DNA of 64,000 nt from Calcarisporiella thermophila CBS 279.70 (taxonomy: Eukaryota > Fungi > Calcarisporiellomycota). The DNA lies in NCBI RefSeq assembly GCF_041956535.1, contig NW_027192195.1, forward strand, positions 536,150-600,149, read 5' to 3'. Shown piece by piece: positions 37,537 through 47,903 of the stretch (positions are counted from its first letter, which is position 1; each line of letters begins with the position of its first letter). The position numbers were made by a program, and so were the translations under genes. The notes below the pieces were generated by a model. It did not search any database and was not told the DNA's origin. It saw only the letters and a program-made list of their open reading frames with translations.

Positions 37537-38232
37537 ATGAAATCCCTTCTGATCATTGCTGCTTCTACTTTGTTGTGCTTTGTCGCTCTCTCTGAGGCTT
37601 CTCCTGTTAAAGCTACCACTGCTAATGCTGCTCCCGTTGAAGCTGCACCTGTTGAAGCACAAACGAGTCTCAAAAATCCCCAGCAGGGCACCCTAGGTGA
37701 CGTCACTCACTTAGTTGATAATGTTGTGGGAGTGAAATTGCAGCGCCGAACAGAAAACCATGCCAAGAGTGCAACTAACAAAGAGGCTAAGCCAGAAAGC
37801 AAGTCTACAGTGAATCCCAAGACTCATGTAGAAGGTTCGGTCCCGGCTGACGCTAAACCCAAACCACAGCTTGCTCGCCGCACTGGTGAGGCCGCAGGAG
37901 TCGGTGTGTCTGGCGAGGATGGCGTGAAAGTTACCGAATCAGCTGTGGGCGGAACCCATAACGTAGCAGCTAAACCTCATATCAGCAAAGTCGGACAAGC
38001 CAAAGGGCAAATCATCCAAGGCCTCGACACCGCCGGTGTTAAAGTCGAGAAGCGTCACACTCAAAACACCGAGACGAAGGATCTTGTGGATGTAGCCGGC
38101 AAAACGGCCGGTGATGCCACAAGTCTAACAAACGGTGTAACTGGTGATGCAGCTGGAAATCTGGTGAAGGGAGTCAATGTAGATAGCATTGTGGGTAAAG
38201 CCGCGACTTTGGTTAATGGAGTCAGCGTTTGA
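37537..38232 (+). CDS. Secreted Kex2-processed multipeptide precursor (paralogue B)
   Basis: Signal peptide MKSLLIIAASTLLCFVALSEA; dibasic sites LQRR, LARR and VEKR colinear with paralogue A; shared RRTENH motif. Confidence 0.8.
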   Translation: MKSLLIIAASTLLCFVALSEASPVKATTANAAPVEAAPVEAQTSLKNPQQGTLGDVTHLVDNVVGVKLQRRTENHAKSATNKEAKPESKSTVNPKTHVEGSVPADAKPKPQLARRTGEAAGVGVSGEDGVKVTESAVGGTHNVAAKPHISKVGQAKGQIIQGLDTAGVKVEKRHTQNTETKDLVDVAGKTAGDATSLTNGVTGDAAGNLVKGVNVDSIVGKAATLVNGVSV

Positions 38233-38657
38233 ACCCAATGAAGAGGTGTTATTGTCACATTACATTCATTTTACATTAGCTTTCCTAGTTTAATTTTATA
38301 TATCGATTTACTTAATTGAATACTTGATCTTTTATTTAAGAAATAAAAGATTCTTAGTAGCCGATTGTTAGATAAATCCATTGGATAAGAAATAAAAAGA
38401 TTGCCCCCGAAAACCAACACTACTGTTTAGTAAACATAAACTTTCACCGGAACAGATACATATCAGATATAGAGTAACTAAAACGATTTTGAATTCGATA
38501 AAAAAAGTATATCTGGTTTATAACTTTAGAAACATCGACCTTTGAAGATATTTATTGATTAAAACGAAAATTCAGTCACCAAAAAAACAAACATAGCATA
38601 CAATGTTGATCAATAGGGGTCCCAGATAAGAAAAGGCTATAAAAAATTCAAGAGAAT

Positions 38658-40866
38658 TTAATCGGAATCCGAGTCCGACCTAGAAGAGGACTCAGAATCA
38701 GAATCAGACGAGGAGTCACTATCATCTGACGAGTCGCTTCCACTGCTGCTACCACTACTGCTATCGCTATCCTGCCGTTGTGCTCGTCGCCGCTCCATAA
38801 TTAATCTCGGTGCATTTTTGAGCCATTCGCGCAATTCGTCCGTCAGTGCTCCAAGTCCAATGGCCGTGAAATAGTTAATGGCAAACCGAGTGTTCTTGGG
38901 ATTATCCTGCGGGAATAGCCCACCAAGCTTCTCTCGGATTTCGGGCTCTTGCAAGCGATCATTCAATGCCTTAACTCCCATACTGCGACTCAGCTCCTGG
39001 AAGAGCACCATCAGGAAAATGCGTGATGATGAAGTGGTGCCATCCTCCGTGAGCGTGATGCAGGAGAGAACAGTCCAGCTAATCGAGTCCGTAGCAAGCA
39101 GATGATGGAAGAATTTGGAAATATTACGCAGTTGGTTGTTCTCGTACCGATAGATGGTTTCATAGTGCTCGCTGAAGCAGGCCTCAAATGTCTCTGACCA
39201 GACGCGATTGATCTTGGCCATCCGTTCACCAATTAATCCGTAGAAATTCATAAAGGTGCGTTCTTGAGAGCAACAAGCGATAATCATGTTGCAGAACTCT
39301 TTCTAAAAGTTGTCGAATATTGGGTCAAAATTAGGCTGAGTTGCCGCCAATAAGAAACTAAGAAAGAATAAACATACCTCTTGCCCCTCCTCGAGGTTGA
39401 GTTTCATTAGCTTGTGACAGCATTCTTGATGATCAACGCTAGACATTATAGTGAGGTAAATTTTACGTCGTAAATTGGAGAGATTGGTATCAGTTTTGTC
39501 ATGAATGTCGAGTTTGTTGGTAGCTATAATATGTGCAGAAAATTAAGTCATAACCCAGGGTAATAAAATCAGCAAGGAAAATGATCATGGATAAGTTTAA
39601 AATGAAGCAAAATATACCTGTTTGTGTGTCGTCCTCCTCATCCTCATCCTCCTCGTCGCTTTCTTCCTCCGATCCTTCTTCATCGGAGCCTTCGCCCAAG
39701 ATCTCTGCTTTAATTTGGGCGTATCGCTGCTCGTTCTCCATGTAATCGGGATCCAACTGGAACACATTCAGTCGCTCCTCACCTTCGAGCTCCTCATCTA
39801 GGCTCAAATCGTGGGTGATTTGGTCAGTCTCCTCCACAAGGTCAAGCTCAGGCGCAATCGGGGGGTTGTCCTTGTAGCGGTCTTTGCGCACCTGGAAGAG
39901 CACTTCAATCATGTATTGGATACGCTTGTCAATCGTCCCTTCGCGCAAAATTGCTCGTAGACGATCGAAGATGGCATTGTTAATTTTTGGAGCATAATCG
40001 GCAAGGTGAGCACCCACTTCTTTCATGAAGCCGACAGCCACTTCGACGGAATCATCGGTGGGTTGCTCGGTGAGAAGTGCGAGAATTTGAAATGAAAGAA
40101 TATCTTCTACAACAAATTGATTGGTGAGATGTGCAATAAATGAGGTAGTCGTGAGGCAAATATTCTAATAAAAATAATGCATAAATATTCAACATTGGAA
40201 GATAAAAAAAAAATAAGCAATATTTGTTACTTTATCATTGCGCTTGAAAGCTCTTCTAAATTGAATGATTAATCGCTTGACAAGCAACTCGCCCACTTGT
40301 GGTAATTTTGTGTTGATGACAGCAACAAGCGCAGCATATACAGGTGTGAAAGGTGTAGCTGCTGCTTGAGCCTTCATGATTGAACGAGCAAACAATCCAC
40401 GACCGCGCACAAGATTTTCTCCGAACAATTCCGGTATAATTACTTTGATATTAGATGTGTTGACTTTGTTGATCAAACCGTTAATACTCTTTTTAAGCGC
40501 CTCCCACGCCATACGTTGGTATTCCGGCGAACTCTTGTCCGTTAACTGCTGTTGCATCATGCGCAAGCGATGCGGGGGGATATAAGCACCACCCGATCTC
40601 AGATTAAACTGCATAGCAGTTGGTTCTGAGGGAGGCGCTGGTGCAGCTGTGATTTTCATTTCTTCTTCTTTAGGAGAGGGAGAACGATCATTATTACGCC
40701 TTTCTCTGGATCGAGAATGATGTCGACGCTTTGATCGACGTTCATCGGGTGAACGAGATCGGGAGTAAGAACGATTATATCGTTTAGAGCTTCGAAACTC
40801 CGGAGATCGTGAACGAGAGTATCGTTTTTGTCGAACACGAGAGCGAGATCTGGACCGCGAGGGCAT
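38658..40866 (-). CDS. CWC22: Pre-mRNA splicing factor Cwc22
   Basis: RS-rich N-terminus, [33 protein letters not shown] (MIF4G), the MA3 region CCSQER..FYGL, and [22 protein letters not shown]. Confidence 0.96.
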
Positions 40867-41232
40867 CTGCTTTTGTCTTTTATAAAGGTCAAGTGATGAA
40901 GAAATCTATTATCGATGTAATTGAAAACGATTTCTATTTTATGTGGCGCAGGAGTATTTATTATTTTAGTAGAGAGAAGTCTAGAAATAGAAGAGTAGCT
41001 TACATCTTTTGGAGTATTAAGTAGGTCTGATTTTTATTTTCTCAATAAGAAGTCTATTTATTTAAGTTATGATTAGGAATTAGCCTATAAGTATTGAAAT
41101 AAGTTTACAAAGCTTGAGTAGAAGATTTTATTAAGAAACAATGGGGGCTAACAGTTCTTAATAAACGAAGATATTTTCCTACATTTACGGTACTAAACCG
41201 GATGCAGCCACTGGAGTCCAGACTTCATCGGT

Positions 41233-41707
41233 TTATTTAGCAGACACTAAGCCTAGGAGTGGGATACAATCGTTAGCGACGGAAGATTTTGTATTCATAT
41301 GATGTAGACATACCGGGGAAACATTCGACACCCTTTTTTCCATGCTTATTTTCAGCATGCTCCTCCAGTGCTTTCTCCCTCACGGTGCAGAGGAAGGCCT
41401 GGCGACATACTTGGCAGATAATGTTCTTAGCCGCCTCGTTCTATAAACATGAATTAGACCTTAGAAGCTAAATCGAAAGAATCAGAGTAACACTTACACT
41501 TTTGAGCTGGCTGGACTTACCACTCGATGCATCTTTCTTTGCATTACGTTCACGCTTGTGTTGTGCCTTCTGACCCTATTAATATAAAGATGATTGTAGA
41601 TTGTTTTGGATTAGACAAGTGCAGTTATGTCAGAATCTTGTGTTTGGGCTAAATTGAATAGAGCCCTTTTCAAGAAAAAGCTCAAAAATGCATCTTACGT
41701 TGCCCAT
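41233..41707 (-). CDS. Small SERF-like zinc-binding protein (At2g23090/DUF1909-like); 4 exons; absent from the ORF track
   Basis: Exons read MGN | GQKAQHKRERNAKKDASSGKSSQLKS | NEAAKNIICQVCRQAFLCTVREKALEEHAENKHGKKGVECFP | GLVSAK*, with CxxC..H...H zinc ligands and canonical introns. Confidence 0.85.
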
Positions 41708-42784
41708 TTTCTTCGATTCCTCTTAAAAGAGCAAATTCAGAAAGTATAGCAATGTCTCCACTATAGCTTGTCTCCTTCGTTTTAATAATGCCGGTTTGTT
41801 GTAGAAGAAAAAAAAATAGCGCAGAAATTTTATAAAAATAATTCTACAATACTGCAAATCCATTTTTGGCAACTGAAATCAATTAAAGGGGTGGGACATT
41901 TGTCAAAGAAGCGCTGAAAAAAGGTGCAGAGATTCTGCGGGAAGTCCTGTATGACACATGATTCATGCACCTTCTATCTTCTCTGCATCTAGAAGTTATC
42001 CCCATGAACATTGTAAATAGTTATACTTATTGGTTTATAAAGTCTGATATAAGAGTATATAAGTTGTATACAAATGTTCTTTGGTCTCGAAATCCTTTTC
42101 GGCCTTCCCCCTCTTCGGCCAATTGGATTTCCACTACTCTGATCTAAAGTGATCCTAATCTCATCAGTGAAGTTATTTAATAACTAAACATAAAATTGTA
42201 AGCGCGTGATAATTGTCTTTTCTCCACCATTATTTAGTATTTTGAGAACTTTCATGACTTTTGGTAACACCTATTAGCTTATCTTACATAATAGGGATAT
42301 CCTTTTATAATTTACATGGCTTCCTATTCCTTTTATCGAATGTGGCTCAATTTATACCCACCGTCTCGGGCTAGAAGGCTAGTTGATGGTGTAAGAGAAG
42401 GAGATCTTTAGCAACACTTTTACCCACTCGACTGTCTCAAGCGGTAACAATTTATGGGAGAATGTATTCTCATTACACTAATTTATTATAGAATGGAGCG
42501 AGATAATATTAACCCTTGATCATTTTGATTTATTTTTTCTGCCAAGTAGTAAAGCCGCAATTTGATTGGTCAAGTCACGTTACGGCGACTTCTACGAACT
42601 TTAAACCCTCATACACTTCGCTTTTTTTTTTCCCTCTCATCTCAAAAAGTTCTGAAGGCAGAGGTCGAAGGAGGTAATTTCGTCATTATAACTACCTCCA
42701 TTCACTGATTCATTGCATGCTTAATTTCTCTCTAATACTTAGTCTCCGTTTGGCGTAATATCATACAGTATATATTAAATAGAA

Positions 42785-45700
42785 ATGCACCCGGCCAACA
42801 GCCGTTCACCGGAACCTGTCGTGCTGCAACGACAGCAAAAAGGATCTGGCCATTCTACTAATGGGTGGCCGGTCAATGATGTCCTTACAATTCAGATGGG
42901 AGGCAAAACTAGACAGATCTACCATAATCAGGCTCCCTCTCAGCCATTACAGCCACCGACTCGAAATGCCAACACAACCCATCCATATACATTCTTATTT
43001 TCCGAAAATCAACGCCACTCCCCCAGATTAGATACCTTTCAGGCTGCTCTCTCACCGTCAATAAAACGGGCTATTGCTGATCCCTTATTAAAGGATACTG
43101 TGCTCGATGCTGCTCCTCGTCAACAAGAAAGATCAAAGCAACGCACAAAGGCAAGGATGCGATTTGAAATTGCAGTTCGAAGATACTACTATCAGTTGAC
43201 AGTTGGATGTAATCGGCAAGACTGTAGCAACAAATTTTGTGCGTCACGTAATGGTGAGTTGCATGCACTTAGATGTTTATTCGTATCTATTTATTTTTAC
43301 GACTACCGATGATTAACTCTGATTAATCTTATAATTGTGTAGCTACGACCAGGCTCAACCCAGAAACTGCTGCTCTTATGGCTATGCAGTTAGCTTCGAG
43401 CCCAAAGCATAAATTTTGTCCTGGTTGCCCAACCAATCCAACCCTGAATGTCCCCTTTTTACCCGCAGGCAATGGTAGTGGAATTGACACATCAACGGGT
43501 GTAGATGCTGAGCATCAGCCGCGGGAGACGAAGCCGTTCCTCTTTTCTCTGTGCGCAACATCATCACTTGCAAGGCTCTTCACGGATAAGGCGACCAAGG
43601 CAAATTCTCCCGCTCTTACTGGAGCTCGTAGAGCGACAATTGTGTCGTCCACACAAAAACATGAACCATCAACACCTACTACTCCTCAAAATCCCCCAGA
43701 TTCTACTTGCCGAAAACCCAACTTTACCGCCCCACACGATTCTGTTAACCTCATTTCCCGATCCCAGGCTCGACCTGCCGCACTTAACAGGAAAGGTAGT
43801 CGCGGCGAAAGCAATGATATTCCTGAATCGGTCTCGCTCTTGTCAAATGCCAGTGCTGCACTACCCCTTTGCCCTTCCACTGGCATAGAAAGCAACTCGG
43901 TGATTGCGCCTTCTTCTCGACCCTCCATGATTCTGAAAGAGCCCACCCCCTCCGCGAAAACCATCACCAAGAACAAAGGCTATATTGATTTACCCCATCG
44001 TCTTTCTGTAACTGGTTAGTTGGGTGCCCCACCTTCAACATATAGTTGCATTTTCTAACCTCTCCCTTACGTTGTGGCCAATTTTAGCCTATGGAGCCCC
44101 TCCTCTACGAAAATCCCCAGTGATGCCCACCAGCCCTTCCGAATTACCTGGTTCCAATGAACTCATCAATACCCTTCCCCCTCCGCCTCAGCTACTTCCC
44201 CGTAATAATTACTCAGAAACCCCTCTAAAACGAGGCAACCATTTGAGAACTGCTCGGTGGGCCGAAGAAACGATAGAGTATGTGCCTAGCGGCGCAGTCA
44301 TTTCCGAGAGCGAGGAAGAGAGGAGGCGGCAGATTCGCTCCGAGGACATTTCTGATACGGCCTCCTCTGCCGGTAGTTTCACTGAGGAGGAGTCGTCTTG
44401 GTGTTTGGATTATCTTACAACACCGCTTTTGAAACGGGCCATTGCCACCTACGATACTAACGCTGTGCAATCAGAAGAGCGTAGGGGCAGCTTAGGAGCG
44501 ACGGAGCCAGAAAGTCACGATGGAAGCCGCGACGAAAAATTTTTACTGAACTCTCTGCGTACTGTGTTCTCCAATCCAGACTGTCTGGCGCGTAGCTTCT
44601 CTGCCCCAGTTGAGTTTTCTCCAACTCAAGTGCAGGAGGGACCACCTGAGGACCTTTCTTGGACATTGGATCTCCAAGCTCTTCGAGAGTCTTATCGTTT
44701 AATTTATGCTCTAGTAGGGCTCACCCCTTTTAATTGAGATATTATTGAGGCTGACAATTGGCTTTTTTTTTTTTTTACTTTACAGAAACCAAGGGATCTC
44801 TTTGCGTCCACGGTTCTGAGCTCGCTAGATATTTTGCTAGCCAGGCAGCAGCTTGACCTCGACCAGGAGCTGTCGGATCCTGCATTGGGGAAGCGTGCAC
44901 CTGTCACCGCACGGTCCGTAGTGCTTGTATGTATTGCGGTGTTCGAATGCCCTTTCTTGCATGAGCATGAGCAACGCGAGTCGCTCTTGAGCCGACTATT
45001 CGCCCTAATTAGGACCCTACCGGCTTCGTTGCGCGAGCAAGTCGTCGGTTGGTTTGCAGCAAACCTCGACTTTGAGGGAATGACCACGGCTGTCTCGCAC
45101 ATCCAGGACTATCTCACGCGTCGATTCCGTACCTCTCTCTCGGTGAAACCTGACGCGGCTACCATTGCCGTTGTCCAGGCGCTCTCGCTGCTCAATGACG
45201 CCAATAGCCGCCATTCCCGTCTCCCCGTAGAGAGTTTCTACAACGACACGGTGTGCAAAAAGCTGGATATCAAGCTTGCCTACAAAGCTTGGAGGCAGCG
45301 TCACCAAGGCGGTGGCGAGTTCTCCTTTTTCGACTACGGCTTTCTACTGGACCCGGGGGCAAAATCGCTGGTGCTACGCATCGACGCCATGGTGCAGATG
45401 TCGCATGAATACGAGGATGCGTGCGTCAACCAGACCCTGATGCTGCATACCCCGCGCCTGTTGCCCGAGTCTCCCCTTCTGTCGTCGCTCGAGCAGGACC
45501 TCTTCGAGGTGTCCTGCCCGTACTTTGTGCTGAATGTGCGGCGTGAGTCGCTTGTTAGGGATGCACTCACCCAGATTGCACGGCGACGAAAGGAGCTTAA
45601 GAAGCCGCTCAAGGTACGGTTCATTGGCAGCGGGGAGGAGGGGGTGGACCAGGGGGGCGTGACCAAGGAGTTCTTCCAAATACTGATGGCCGAGCTCTTG

Positions 45701-46655
45701 GACCAGCAGTACGGGATGTTCACCCGCGATGAAGAGACCCGGTTTACCTGGTTCCTCGGGAACACCCTCGAACCCGAGAGCAAGTTCGAGCTCGCGGGGA
45801 TCCTACTGGGGCTCGCCGTGTACAACGGGGTGGTGATCGGGGTCGATTTTGCACCTCTGGTGTACAAGAAGCTCCTAGGGCATGCGATCACTCTGGGGGA
45901 CGTCAAAGAGTCCTTCCCGCGGATCGGGCACGGGCTGCAGAAGATGCTCGACTGGAACGAGGGAGACGTCTACGATGTGTTCATGCGGCATTTCGAGTAT
46001 TCCTACGAGGCATTTGGCGAGGTGAAGACGTTGCCTCTCGAGCCCGGCGGGGAGGACAGGCCGGTGACGAACGAGAACCGAAAAGGTCAGTTTACCGCAA
46101 CAGGGTGGTGGGGTTTAACTTGTACTGATTTGCCCATGTTTGCCTTCTCACTTTCCAGAGTACGTGGACAAGTATATCCATCACCTGGTGACGGAGTCAG
46201 TGGCCAAACCGTTCGGCGCCTTTCGCCGGGGCTTTCTGAGCGTGTGCGACGGACTTGGCCTGCGATTATGCCGCGCCATTGAGCTCGAGCGGTTGGTGAG
46301 CGGTGATCGCGCCAAGGACCTCGACTTTGCTGAGCTGGAGCGCACGGCGCTCTACGACGACACCTATACGAGGACGCACCCCACCATTCGCGCGTTCTGG
46401 GAAGTGGCCCGCTCGCTCACCCCGGTGCAAAAGCGGCAGCTCCTCTTATTCGTGACGGCGAGCGATCGCGTGCCGGTGCGAGGTTTGAGCGAAGTGACGT
46501 TCGTGGTGCAGAGAAATGGTCCCGACACGGACCGGTTGCCGACGGCGCTGACGTGTTTCGGGCGGCTCCTGCTCCCGGAGTACGCCTCGAAGGAGAAGCT
46601 GAGGGAAAGGCTGGTGACAGCAATAGAAAATGCCCAAGGCTTTGGTTTGGTCTGA
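42785..46655 (+). CDS. HECT E3 ubiquitin ligase with N-terminal AZUL domain (UBE3A/E6AP-like)
   Basis: AZUL: YYYQLTVGCNRQDCSNKFCAS. HECT: LNVRRESLVRD, LKKPLKVRF.GEEGVDQGGVTKEFFQ, catalytic RLPTALTCF, and C-terminal ENAQGFGLV. Confidence 0.9.
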
Positions 46656-47100
46656 ACCACCCACTTTGACACCGCCTTCAACCCCCTCTCAGGAGAGAAC
46701 CGGTGAAGCACCGGGGAAAAAAACTGTACGAAACCCCCCTCCATTTTTGACCTTGTATTTATTATTCTCATCTATGTTTTTGCCATGTCCGTTATGTCTT
46801 AATTTTTTTTTTCTCTCCTCCTTCCTCCCCTCCGATTTCACATTTGCATTCTTACTGAAAATAAACTCTTTTTTTGCTTCCTCAAACTTCGTGTTCATTT
46901 TTCTCTTCCTCGAAGCCTTCATTCTAATGACATTACTACGCTACAACAGGGAATGGTAAGATTAGGGAAAATAAATAGGCAGAGGTAACCATGGCAAAGA
47001 GGGGGATATAAAACGAAGGGGAGAGAGAAATAGAAAAGTTCACACACGAGAAAGGGGGGGGGGGGTCAAGGGAGGGAGAAATGGTGCAATTATTCGTGCA

Positions 47101-47903
47101 TTAGAGGAAGTAAGCGGCCGCGGCAACAGCGGCAAGGAGGGCGGTGCCGCTCTTCAAGGAAGATGCGCCAGAGGTGGAAGCGGGCTTGACGGAGGCGGAG
47201 GGGGCGGCAGAAGAGGAGGCCTTGGCGGCGCCGGAGGCCGCAGCCGAGGAGGCGGCGGAGGAGGCGGCAGAGGCAGCGGCGGACGAGGAGGGAGCGGCCG
47301 AGGAGGAGGCGGCAACCGAGGAGCTGACGACAGATGACGCGCCGGAGACGGCGGCCGAGGAAACAGCGGTGGCGGGCTTGGAGGCCGAGGCAGAGGCCGA
47401 GGCGGGGGCGGAGGAGGCGGCAGCTTCGCTGGAGGCCGCGGGAGCGGACGCGGTCACCTTTTCATTACCCTTCTGGATGGTGAAGTAGTGCGAGTAGCAC
47501 AGGGCGGGGGCCACTCCGATCTCCACGGAGTAGTCGGCGCCGGGAGTAAGGGCTACGGGAGATCAAACCATGGGGTTAGAGCGGGGCGAGGGGCGACAGG
47601 GCGGCGCACACACTTACTTGTGGGAACGGTCCACGTGAGGGTCTTGGCCTTGACGTCGACCTTGGCCTGGATGGGGGCCACTTGAAGCATGGCCTGGGCA
47701 GGCCCCTTGCGCAAGAAGAGGTTCACCTTCTCCTCCTTGCCGGCGGGGGTCCAGTTGATGGTGGCCTTCTCGCCGAGCTTCCACACGGTGCCCTCGATGG
47801 GGGTGGTGATGGAGGGGCACTCGGCGTTCTTCGGGGGGGCCTGGGCCAGAGCTAGCTGGGCGACGGCGAGGGCGAGGACGGCGGCTTTGATGGCAGAGAA
47901 CAT
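47101..47903 (-). CDS. GPI-anchored Ser/Ala-rich cell-wall protein with Kre9/Knh1-like N-terminal Ig domain
   Basis: Signal peptide; ITTPIEGTVWKLG..TINW...LFLRKG...TWTVP..L..G.DY...YSHYFTI; S/A-rich stalk; SGASSLK followed by a hydrophobic C-terminus; one intron; TATAAAA upstream. Confidence 0.85.
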
